Shown here: piece after piece, positions 29,209 to 38,060 of the stretch
How positions within the stretch are numbered: the first letter of the stretch is position 1
How the letters are laid out: every line of letters begins with the position of its first letter
Assembly: GCA_965207065.1 (NCBI GenBank)
Contig: OZ242260.1
Span: 2,112,001 to 2,176,000 of the forward strand
Reading direction: 5' to 3'
Source: a bacterium
GTDB taxonomy: Bacteria; UBA8248
Length of the DNA stretch: 64,000 nucleotides
Notes under the pieces: generated by a model
The model's input: the letters and a program-made list of their open reading frames with translations, nothing else
What the model was told of the DNA's origin: nothing
Databases searched by the model: none
Translations under genes and position numbers: made by a program

Positions 29209-29754
29209 TCAACCCGTAAGAAGCGTCCTGATCGTGGGAGCTATCTCCTTCGCGCGCCCGCGGAGTTGTTCATCCGTGAGGCTGCCCACCGGATGGGGGA
29301 TATAGGCCACCGGATAGTCCGGCATGCCGCGCACCTTGGAGACCATCTCGACTGTGGGACGAAAGGGCTCGGTGCAGATGACGGCCGTGGGAACGCCTTT
29401 TTTCTCCAGCTCGATTCCATCGTGCACACTGCACGAAGAGCAGGAGCCTCAGTCACCTACTGCAGTGATGGCGAGGTCGCATTTCTCGGCCATCTCCGCG
29501 TACACCTCGGGCTTCGCAGGTCTGGTATCGTATTCTTTCGATAACTCAACAGCGATGTCGGGATCCGCGCCGTCCGCCCGCAATTCATCCAGAATGTAGC
29601 GCATGAGCTTGTCCGCGCCCACTTTAGAGTTCCAGAGCAGGCCGATGCGTTTGCCGGAGAGTGCGCCGTCGCGGCTTGTGCGGTCTTCGGTTTCGATTTC
29701 CGGTTCCACTGTCGGATCGTAAATCGGTATCGCAGTATCTATCACGGGGTTCAT
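29209..29754 (-). CDS. UGSC-family selenoprotein (UGA at 29449-29451 read as Sec), 181 aa
   Basis: Track ORFs 29449..29754 and 29209..29427 are in frame; readthrough gives AITAVGD-U-GSCSSCSVHDGIELEKKGVP. Confidence 0.88.
29420..29436 (-). promoter_or_regulatory. Putative bacterial SECIS hairpin
   Basis: Minus-strand TCGTGCA-GTG-TGCACGA, 7-bp stem starting 12 nt after the UGA, with G at the start of the loop. Confidence 0.65.
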
Positions 29755-29844
29755 CGAACGCTTCCTCCTGTATGTGCATCAACGCCAGGATGTTCACTCG
29801 TTTTGTAGTCCATCAACCGATCTTCTCTTTTGATGCTTTTTTCT

Positions 29845-30885
29845 TCAACCATGAGATTCCCGCCGCTCTGCCGCGCTCAGCACCGGGCAGGTGACAACCT
29901 CGCCGTTTCGTCTTCTGCTCCACGAGGGCACCCATGAGGAGTGCCCGCCAGCCTCGCCTCCCGCGACGACGATGTAGATGTCGTCCGGCTTGAGCGCGTG
30001 GCGCACGTTGCCGTTGTCATCGGCGTCGATGGGCTTATCGAGCTTGCCGGAGCGCAGGAGTTGGCTCAAGGGAAGCGTCGCATTTTCAAAGAGATAGTCT
30101 TTTAATTCTTTTTTCGTGGGAAATTCTTCTGCCAGAAGATGCGCGTGCTCGGGAGCGAATACGAAAAAGGATTGCCCCTCGCTCATGCTGCCCAGACCCG
30201 CCATGGTGGCGGCGGCGGTTTCCGCGATTCCGCCGCCTTTTCCGTAGTGGTTCTGTATGTTGTGCGGACCTTCGGCCGCGAGAAGCGTCACCGTGCTCGT
30301 ATCGGCGGGATAACCGAGTTCGACGTTAAGGGGCTCCCAGGGGCTCGTTTCCTCCCATTCGGCGAAGGTAAAGCTGTATTTGCCCGGATTCCCCTGCGTG
30401 GAGCGATCCAGAAGACCCGGCTTCGAGCCCAGGCAGTTGATGATGATGAGCCTGAGCGCGCGGCCTATCGTCGCGTTCGCGCGGTTGCCCGGCCCGTAGA
30501 TGTTCCCCTGCATATTGAGGCCTATCTCATGGCGGACCGGGCCGTTTACGACCATGAAGGGCGCCGCTCCACCTGTACTCGTGGCGCTGGAGTGTATGTT
30601 GTAGGCCGGATCGGCCATGGCTTCGAGCGCGGCGATGATGACGGGCATGTAGGAAGGCTGACAGCCCGCCATGATGGCGTTCAAGGCCACTTTTACGGCC
30701 TGGACGGTTCTTTTCCGCTCCGCCAGGTGAAAGACGACGTCATCGGCGCCCAGGCCAGCGGCCTCCAGGAAGCGCTCAATGAGTTCGGGCGTGGGGGGAA
30801 CCACGGGCAGACCGTCCGTCCAGCCTTTCTCGTGATACATCTCAATCGCTTCATAGACGTCCGTCGCTTCGCTCACCGCTTCCAT
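29845..30885 (-). CDS. Uncharacterised protein of the family found with or fused to UGSC proteins
   Basis: GWTDGLPVVPPT, NAIMAGC, GNRANATIGRALRL, QGNPGKY, VVAGG; co-oriented directly upstream of the selenoprotein gene. Confidence 0.8.
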   Translation of the reverse strand: MEAVSEATDVYEAIEMYHEKGWTDGLPVVPPTPELIERFLEAAGLGADDVVFHLAERKRTVQAVKVALNAIMAGCQPSYMPVIIAALEAMADPAYNIHSSATSTGGAAPFMVVNGPVRHEIGLNMQGNIYGPGNRANATIGRALRLIIINCLGSKPGLLDRSTQGNPGKYSFTFAEWEETSPWEPLNVELGYPADTSTVTLLAAEGPHNIQNHYGKGGGIAETAAATMAGLGSMSEGQSFFVFAPEHAHLLAEEFPTKKELKDYLFENATLPLSQLLRSGKLDKPIDADDNGNVRHALKPDDIYIVVAGGEAGGHSSWVPSWSRRRNGEVVTCPVLSAAERRESHG

Positions 30886-31081
30886 GTGGTCTCCTGTCTT
30901 GTCGGTTTTTCTTCATGGAGCCGCAGGATATCGCAGGGAGCCGGATTTGAAAATACGGGATTGCATCCCTGGCTCCCGGTTTCATTAACGCTTCGGGGTT
31001 GGTATATCATCCCTTCGATATATCGAATCCAGCCGTAGCCTTCAGGAGCGGCGCTTTCAAACGAAGAAGGAATATCCAGAC

Positions 31082-31684
31082 ATGGATTTTGACTTAATTC
31101 GCGCCGTAAACGATTGTTTTCAGCCATTTTATCCTTACGCGGCGGCGGAGATTCACGCGGAATACGGGCGCGATGCGGGCGACGTCCTGGAAATCGGCCC
31201 CTACGGCCCCGGCGTGGCGCTCGCCCTGGCGGAGCGCTGTCCCGGGATGCGCCTCACATGCGGGGATGACGCCAAAGTCCTGAACGACTACCTCGCCGAG
31301 ACGATTTCGGAGGCGGGCATGTCCGCGCGTATTCGCGTGGAACCCCTTGATAAATATAACCTTCCGTTCGAGGCGGCTTCTTTCGATCTCGTCGTTTTCC
31401 GGGGCGGGCTTTTCTTCTGGGACGAGCAGGAGCGCATCGTCGCCGAGATGGACCGCGTCCTGAAGCCCGGCGGAATGGGCGCGCACGGCGGGGGATTCGG
31501 TGCGGGGGCGTTGGATGAACTCATCGAATCGCTCCTTCCCGAGGCGCGCGATTTGAACAACCGCCTCGGCAAGAAGCGCCTCTCTCGCGCCGATGTTCGT
31601 CAAATCGCTGAAAACGCAGGACTTGCGTCCTGGCGAATCGCCGCGGAACACGGCCTATGGCTCTTCTGGGAGAAGGCGGATTAG
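31082..31684 (+). CDS. Class I SAM-dependent methyltransferase
   Basis: VLEIGPYGPG, LPFEAASFDLVVFRG, RVLKPGG. Confidence 0.88.
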   Translation: MDFDLIRAVNDCFQPFYPYAAAEIHAEYGRDAGDVLEIGPYGPGVALALAERCPGMRLTCGDDAKVLNDYLAETISEAGMSARIRVEPLDKYNLPFEAASFDLVVFRGGLFFWDEQERIVAEMDRVLKPGGMGAHGGGFGAGALDELIESLLPEARDLNNRLGKKRLSRADVRQIAENAGLASWRIAAEHGLWLFWEKAD

Positions 31685-31781
31685 CGTTTGCCGCGCATTT
31701 CACACCCGCAATTTCCCGCATTTGCCGTCATCGAGGGAGTCGCTGTCCATGGCAGAATTCCCCTGCGCCCGGATTCCGCGG
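31585..31781 (+). repeat. 197-bp direct repeat, copy 1 (methyltransferase 3' end plus downstream DNA)
   Basis: Aligns without gaps to 33472-33668; about 11 mismatches by manual count. Confidence 0.95.
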
Positions 31782-32069
31782 CGCGGGGGCGGCAATCACG
31801 CTGTTGAAAGAATTCGTCGGCGTGCTGCGACTAGCCGCATTGCAGGACCCAATAAATTGATGTGCTTGACTTGTCCGGCCCTATGGCTCATATTCTCGCC
31901 GCAGATTGTCTCGCGATTGCGCGAAGCGCCGCCCATGGGCGGCACCATGTCCCGGGAACAATAATCCAAAAATCTTCTCCTGCTGGCCGCGCCCGGTAAG
32001 GGCGACTCGCCAGGCATCGGCAGCGTCTATGACGTTTGCCGCGCCATATGGCGCATATAGGATACTTAA

Positions 32070-33425
32070 ATGGCTATTCGTAAATTCTCGGAACTCGGTT
32101 TGGCCGATCCGATACAGCGTGCGTTGACCGGCAGAAACCACGTAACCCCAACGCCTATCCAGGCGCGCGCCATCCCGGAGCTTCTCGCCGGTCGTGACAT
32201 GCTGGGTATTGCCCAGACAGGCACCGGCAAAACCGCGGCTTTTGCGCTGCCCATTCTTCAGCGTTTGTCGCGGCCAAATGGCGACGAGAGCGCCACCCGT
32301 AACAAGCGCAACATTTTCAAAAACCGCAGTCACAACGGCGCCAACAAGGCTGCCCGCAGACCGCGCGCCCTGGTCCTTGCGCCGACCCGCGAGCTTGCTA
32401 TCCAAATCGGTGAGGAATTCCGCGCCTACGGCAAAAACCTCGCGCTGCGTCAGACCGTGATCTTCGGTGGTGTCAGCCAGAAGCCGCAGGTCTCTGCGCT
32501 GGTTCGTGGGCTCGACATTCTGATTGCGACGCCCGGGCGGTTGCTCGATCTCATGGAGCAGCGACATATCCGGCTCGATGCGATCGAATTCCTGGTACTC
32601 GATGAAGCCGACCGGATGCTCGATATGGGTTTTGTGCACGATGTCCGCAAGATCATGGCGGCGATACCCAGGTCACGCCAGTCGTTGCTTTTTGCCGCAA
32701 CCATGCCCAGCGAAATTTTCCGGCTGTCGGCCGAGATCCTGACCGATCCGGTGCGGGTAGAGGTGACGCCCCAGGCGACGCCGATCGATCGTATCGAGCA
32801 GAGTATTTATCACGTCACCACCGCCGGAAAGCGGGTTTTGCTTGACACCATCCTCAAGGATCCCGCCATGTCGCGAGTGATTGTCTTTACGCGCACCAAG
32901 CACCATGCCAATCGTGTCGCAGAACGGCTCGGCAAGAGCGGCGTCGTAGCCGAGGCGATCCACGGCAACAAATCACAGGGCTCCCGCCAGCGCGCCCTCA
33001 AGCGTTTCCGCGACGGCCAGGCGCGGGTCCTGGTGGCGACCGATATCGCGGCCCGCGGCATCGATGTGGATTCCGTCAGCCATGTCATCAATTACGAACT
33101 CCCCAATGAGCCGGAAAATTATGTCCACCGTATCGGGCGGACTGCGCGGGCCGGTGCGTGCGGTGCGGCGATTGCCTTTTGCGATCCGAGCGAGCAGGCT
33201 TATCTGAGCGATATCGAAAAACTGATCGAGTGCCGGTTGACGGTGATTGGTGACGAACCCGCTCCGGTCGATCCCAGGCTGGACCCACCGGATCAGAGTG
33301 GCAGGCGCAGACCTGAAGGCAGAACCCGGAAGCCCCGTAACAGACTTGAACTCAAGACCGGCCGGCCCGGTAGAAACCGTCATCGCAATCGATACGCGAG
33401 AAGCGGAGGAAAGCCGGCGGCCTGA
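32070..33425 (+). CDS. rhlE: DEAD-box RNA helicase (RhlE-like)
   Basis: PTPIQ, AQTGTGKT, PTRELA, DEADRMLDMGF, ARGID, HRIGRTAR; basic C-terminal tail. Confidence 0.93.
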   Translation: MAIRKFSELGLADPIQRALTGRNHVTPTPIQARAIPELLAGRDMLGIAQTGTGKTAAFALPILQRLSRPNGDESATRNKRNIFKNRSHNGANKAARRPRALVLAPTRELAIQIGEEFRAYGKNLALRQTVIFGGVSQKPQVSALVRGLDILIATPGRLLDLMEQRHIRLDAIEFLVLDEADRMLDMGFVHDVRKIMAAIPRSRQSLLFAATMPSEIFRLSAEILTDPVRVEVTPQATPIDRIEQSIYHVTTAGKRVLLDTILKDPAMSRVIVFTRTKHHANRVAERLGKSGVVAEAIHGNKSQGSRQRALKRFRDGQARVLVATDIAARGIDVDSVSHVINYELPNEPENYVHRIGRTARAGACGAAIAFCDPSEQAYLSDIEKLIECRLTVIGDEPAPVDPRLDPPDQSGRRRPEGRTRKPRNRLELKTGRPGRNRHRNRYARSGGKPAA

Positions 33426-33471
33426 AGCGGCATCGTCATCCCCAATACAGGCCGGCGTTTCTTACTGTGCG

Positions 33472-33668
33472 TCGCGCCGATGTTCGCCAAATCGCTGAAA
33501 ACGCAGGACTTGTGTCCTGGCGAACCGCCGCGGAACACGGCCTGTGGCTCTTCTGGGAGAAGCACGACTAGCGTTTTCCGCGCATTTCACACCCGCAATT
33601 CCCCGCATTTGCCGTCATCGAGGGAGTCGCTGTCCATGGCAGAATTCTCCTGCGCCCGGATTCCGCGG
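33472..33668 (+). repeat. 197-bp direct repeat, copy 2 (orphan methyltransferase 3' fragment)
   Basis: See copy 1; retains the stop codon at the equivalent position. Confidence 0.95.
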
Positions 33669-34150
33669 TGTCATTTCCCAGGAAAATAAATTGCTTGAAA
33701 TTTACCGATAAACCCCGTGAATTTATCTGAAATTATCGATATTTCCAGAAATTCCTTATTCTCGGACGCTACGATGCGCTCCGCCATCATACACGCGCGC
33801 GTCCTGAGTCCCACCACGGCAAATGCGGGGTAATGCGCCTTGCTCATGATGCAATATTTCTGAAATCCGTGTGTAGTTGACGAGCGTAATTAAAGGGTTC
33901 GACGGCTGAATCGGAAGGATCCCTCCGGGCGGGGAGATAGAATCAAACCCGACCGGCGAGGGAAGGATCGCCGACTGACGAGGCGTGGAAGCAGGCTGCC
34001 TCGATTCCGCCCGGGCAGGACGCCAACATGGGCATTCCTTATCGGCGCCTGTCCTCTCTGTGAAGACAGCGGCTGTAGAACCGGCATACATGCGGGGAAG
34101 GAGGACTCATCGGCTCGCCGGGCTGATGGCGGGTATGGCGGAGAGGAGCG

Positions 34151-34255
34151 CCCGGGTGCATGGAATGCGCCTGCGTTCGAGTCGCCACCCTCGCCGATGA
34201 ACGCGTGGACGCCCTCGGCAAGTTGAACAAGTCCCGCATCCGAACCATTCGTCAT
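34151..34255 (-). pseudogene. Truncated N-terminus of an MBL-fold hydrolase
   Basis: MTNGSDAGLVQLAEGVHAFIGEGGDSNAG resembles an MBL-fold N-terminus, with an AAGGA RBS; similarity is lost after about 35 codons and there is no HxHxDH. Confidence 0.55.
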
Positions 34256-34302
34256 ATCAAATCCTTATTCTACGGACTTCCGATCGCGACACGAACCCGG
34301 GG

Positions 34303-35643
34303 TCAAACAGCGAGGTTTTCTCGCAGCGTCTTGCCCTCATAGGATTTCCTGTACCTCCCCCGTCTTTGCAGTTCGGGAACCAGGTGGTCCACGATGTTGA
34401 GCATAATCTCGCGCGGCCCGGCCTGGGATTGCTTGACCATGAAGCCGCCGCGACTCCCGGTCGCTTCGAACATCTCTTCGAGACGGTCGGCAATCTGCGC
34501 CGCCGTTCCGGTGAACGCGGTGGCGTAACCCGTTGCCGCCTCGAGTCCATGCCGGAAGAATTCCTCGCGATCGATCTCGGCGTGCTCGCCATATTTGTGG
34601 GCCAGCAGATTGACGAAGCCCACCGGGGAGGCCTGCGCGGCGACGATTCGTTCCTGAAGTTCCGCCAGGGAGAATCGCGGCGGCAGTTTGGACATGTCGT
34701 AGCCGGTATTGTGGGACAGCCATGCCCCGACGGCTTCCATGGGCACGTCGGAGATCAGCGCTTCTCGCAGGGCATGCGCCTGTTCCTCGGTTTCACCGAC
34801 GATGGCCCTGAGCGACCATAAGATGCCGACCTCCTGCGGGTCCCGTCCCTCTGCGAGGAGGGCGTCATCGAGGTCTTGTCTTTGCTTCACCATGAGCGGC
34901 AACGTCTTGGTTCTGCCGAAAACATGATCGGCGACATGAGCGGCGCCTTGGATCCCGCGCGGAGAGCCTCCGGCCTGTATGATTACGGGACTGCCCTGGG
35001 GAGAGGGAACGACGCTGAGAGGCCCCTTGACCTTGAAAAACTTCCCCTCGTGGTTGATCGGATGAACTTTGGCGGGGTCGGCGATTTGGCCCGAAGCCTT
35101 GTCCCAGAGGAAAGCATCCGCCTCGACGCTGTTCCAGAGCGCCCGACAGACGTCGATAAACTCTTCCAGCCGCTCGTAGCGCTCACCATGGTCCGGAAGC
35201 CCGTCGTAGCCATAGTTCGCAAAATCGGAACGGCGCGCCGAGGTGATGACGTTAAAGGCCATGCGGCCGTTGGTGATATGGTCCATGGAATTCAGAAGGC
35301 GCGCCGTATAAAAAGGGTGCATAAAGCTGGATGAGTACGTCAAACCGAACCCGAGATGCCTGGTGACGCGCGACATCGCGACAATCCACGGACTCATGTC
35401 GAATCTCGGCCATGCAACGCCGTAGCTGACCGCATCGTCAATCGAGTCTTTCCACATGTCGGGTATGCCCGTCGAGTCTCCCAGGAAGATGAGGTCGAGA
35501 CCGCCGCGCTCCGCGACGCGCGCAACTTCCTCGAACAGCCCGATATTGGGGTGGTGGCGGTCTACCCACGAACCCGGATTCCTCCAATTGGTCTCCACCT
35601 CGGTCCACGAGATATCAAATGCCAATTGGATGCGCTTCTTCAT
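34303..35643 (-). CDS. NtaA/DmoA-family FMN-dependent (luciferase-like) monooxygenase
   Basis: AERGGLDLIFLGD, HPFYTARLLNSMDHITNGRMAFNVITS, HEGKFFKVKGPL, IQAGGSPRG, VPELQRRG..Y.GKTLRENL. Confidence 0.92.
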   Translation of the reverse strand: MKKRIQLAFDISWTEVETNWRNPGSWVDRHHPNIGLFEEVARVAERGGLDLIFLGDSTGIPDMWKDSIDDAVSYGVAWPRFDMSPWIVAMSRVTRHLGFGLTYSSSFMHPFYTARLLNSMDHITNGRMAFNVITSARRSDFANYGYDGLPDHGERYERLEEFIDVCRALWNSVEADAFLWDKASGQIADPAKVHPINHEGKFFKVKGPLSVVPSPQGSPVIIQAGGSPRGIQGAAHVADHVFGRTKTLPLMVKQRQDLDDALLAEGRDPQEVGILWSLRAIVGETEEQAHALREALISDVPMEAVGAWLSHNTGYDMSKLPPRFSLAELQERIVAAQASPVGFVNLLAHKYGEHAEIDREEFFRHGLEAATGYATAFTGTAAQIADRLEEMFEATGSRGGFMVKQSQAGPREIMLNIVDHLVPELQRRGRYRKSYEGKTLRENLAV

Positions 35644-36238
35644 CTAGTTTTCCTCGGGATATGACAATTTCTCTCACCCTCGCCGATAAGCCGACGTTGT
35701 CCGAAATTCTCGATTTGGCATCTTTGCGGCGAAGTTTACTACGGCTGGAAGCGACCTTCCAGACCGGGCCTGATCGAGCCGTAGCCGAGAGTTGGTGAAC
35801 AGGAAAATGGTTTCCCTCCCTTATCTGCCGCACTCGAATCGAGTGAAAAGTGATTACAACACCGTAAGAAGATTGAGTTGGAATTTCAGAATCGCATTTT
35901 ATGCGAATCGGGCGCCGTCATGGGGCATGGCAGGTGGATCCTGAACGGATGTTGCGGGAGAGTGGAGCACAACATGAAGTAAGCTCTTCCAGTTCGGACT
36001 TTGAAGTAGGGTACACGATAGCCCGACGAGGCTCATTCGGTATACGCAGGCGTTATCGCGGGTCTGCTTTTGTTTTTAATTGCATTCCGAGGGAGGTGGA
36101 TCCTGAACGAGGGTGTAGATTGTGGTCGTTCCCGGCGAAGCGGCGCGACAAAACCCGGCAGGTGAAGTCAACCGCGCGCGAGGAGGCGTTGTTGGAAAAC
36201 CTCACAAAAGTAGCGCGGTGAATTTCACTCCCCCTCAA

Positions 36239-36764
36239 GGGTCTGTTGAAAAAGCCATTGTCCAAAGAGCAACCCCCCTACCCCCCCTTGTCAGGGGTCA
36301 ATTCCGACCGAGGAGGGCCTGTTGAAAAAGACCCCTTTGGAGTCGGGTTAAACCATCCTCACCTTGCAGAGTGCCAAACAATTACTCCCCCCTTGAGGGG
36401 GAGTCGATGAAGCCGAGCGGTTTGTGCGAAGGCTGAATCGGTGGGGGGTGAATCGCGTTTTATCGTCACTCCGAGTTATACCCCCCACCGAATCGCTTTC
36501 GGGCTTACGCCCTCAGCTCTTCGACTCCCCCTCAAGGGGGGAGTGAATTTGAAACCCGACCGAGGAGAAAGGGAACACTCCCCCCACTTGAAGGACTTTT
36601 TCAACAACCCCGAGGAGGGAGGAATTGCAAGTCGATGCGTTTCCCGCCAATGGCTAATGCAAACGCTCGTTCCTCACTCGCGTTTGACCCCTGACAAGGG
36701 GGGTAGGGGGGGGTGGTTTTCAAGGCAGGGGGAGGACGAACGGGGTGGCTTTTTCAACAGCCCC
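36239..36764. repeat. Nested composite of inverted repeats (five concentric IR pairs)
   Basis: Outer GGGTCTGTTGAAAAAGCCA / TGGCTTTTTCAACAGCCCC; then 36271-36301 / 36684-36713; 36315-36330 / 36596-36611; 36382-36407 / 36521-36546; 36438-36449 / 36480-36491. Confidence 0.9.
36315..36611. mobile_element. MITE (non-autonomous) with a 5-bp target-site duplication
   Basis: TIRs GGGCCTGTTGAAAAAG / CTTTTTCAACAACCCC; GAGGA at 36310-36314 and 36612-36616. Confidence 0.75.
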
Positions 36765-36777
36765 TTATTGATCGGGA

Positions 36778-37332
36778 TTAGCCCACCAGACTCGTCTTCG
36801 TGAACACCGCGTCGAGCTCGTAGCCGCGTTCGGCCAGGTTCTCGCGTCCGCCTTCTTCCCTGTCCACGAGGCAGATGACGTGCGCGACTTCCATGCCGAA
36901 GCCCAAAGCCGCGTCGATGGCCGTGAAGGTGGAGGCCGCCGTGGTCACCACGTCCTCGATGATGGCGGCCTTCATGCCGGGTCTCAGGTTCCCCGACCCC
37001 TCGATGCGGTTCTGCATCCCGTGTCCCTTCTCGGCCTTTCTGATGATGAAGGCGGGCACGTCGCGGCCTTCGAGTGCCGCCGTCATCGAGACGGCCGTCA
37101 CCATCGGGTCCGCGCCCAGGGTGGGGCCGCCCACGGCGTCGACGCCGTTTCTGATGCGCTCGAAGATCACCCGGCCCACGAGCCGCGCCCCCTCGCCGTG
37201 CAAGGTCACCTGGCGGCAGTCGACGTAGAAATCGCTCACCCGGCCCGAGGCGAGCGTCACCTGTTTCTTCTCATACGATTTTTCCAGCAGAAGCCCCCGC
37301 AGGGCTTCCAGGTCCGCTTCATGGTTCGTCAT
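36778..37332 (-). CDS. pyrE: Orotate phosphoribosyltransferase
   Basis: LASGRVSDFYVDCR, GGPTLGADP, IIRK..K.HG, IIEDVVTT, VDREEGG. Confidence 0.95.
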   Translation of the reverse strand: MTNHEADLEALRGLLLEKSYEKKQVTLASGRVSDFYVDCRQVTLHGEGARLVGRVIFERIRNGVDAVGGPTLGADPMVTAVSMTAALEGRDVPAFIIRKAEKGHGMQNRIEGSGNLRPGMKAAIIEDVVTTAASTFTAIDAALGFGMEVAHVICLVDREEGGRENLAERGYELDAVFTKTSLVG

Positions 37333-37358
37333 GGCGTCGTCTCTGTGCGTCGGTTGGA

Positions 37359-37631
37359 TTATTCGGGCGATTGTCCGGTGTTTCTGAGTTCGTGGTAGAT
37401 GAGGAGCGCTGCTTCCGCGAAGGCCTCGGGCACCATCAGGTGCACCGCGCCCAGGTTCGTGCGGGTGAAGGCGTAGACCGAACCCGCCGAGTCGTAGCTC
37501 AGGTGCACGGGTATGCGCTCGGCCTCGAGCCTGGATTTCAGGATCAGGGCCTCCATCTGCCCGCCCACCGTGGCGATGCGCTTCAGATCCGACGATCCTT
37601 TCACGCCCTCAGGCGTCTTGTCGCCCCACAC
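37359..37631 (-). CDS. DUF2007-like small protein
   Basis: EALILKSRLEAERIP ... GAVHLMVPEAFAEAA; GTG start after GGAG. Confidence 0.7.
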   Translation of the reverse strand: MWGDKTPEGVKGSSDLKRIATVGGQMEALILKSRLEAERIPVHLSYDSAGSVYAFTRTNLGAVHLMVPEAFAEAALLIYHELRNTGQSPE

Positions 37632-37711
37632 GCTCTTGCTCCTCCCCGAGATTCACAAACTACCGCCCATGATCGGGGAAAATCGTGCAAGGCGCAAGTG
37701 ATTGCGTTCTT

Positions 37712-37963
37712 GTAGGGACAGGTCGCGACCTGTCCCTACGGTGTCCAACCTCGAAGATCGGGATTTACTCCCCCCTTGAGAGGGAAACCCCATAAAGGCA
37801 AGGGGAGGACGAGCAGGTCGGCTACGCACATCTCGCGTTTAGATATGAATTCGTAGGGGCGGCCCCCAGTGGCCGCCCGTATTGGAGATCCACAGACAAA
37901 CTATCTTTTTGAATACCTGTTCTCTTTCCTGTCCCTTGTCAGGACAGGCACGGGGGCCTGTCC
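37712..37963. repeat. Cluster of GTAG-type REP-like palindromes
   Basis: Perfect 28-bp palindrome GTAGGGACAGGTCGCGACCTGTCCCTAC (37712-37739); GTAGGGGCGGCC-N6-GGCCGCCC (37853-37878); GGACAGGC-N6-GCCTGTCC (37942-37963). Confidence 0.8.
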
Positions 37964-38060
37964 CGGGTCGCAACCTATCCCAACTGCAAGGGCTGTTCGC
38001 GAACGGCCCCCACGGTTTCGGCGTGTGCGGTTTTTGCTCGTCATCACGTCGCGGCTTTCC

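Noticed and set aside
33918-33995. FMN-riboswitch-like words (GGGCGGGG...CCCGACCGGCG)
   Set aside because: The remaining conserved FMN segments are absent and no flavin gene lies downstream on that strand
35901-36803. Short ORFs across the repeat region (also 37869-38171, 41310-41896, 43814-44302)
   Set aside because: Translations of palindromic repeats; no transposase or other domain signatures
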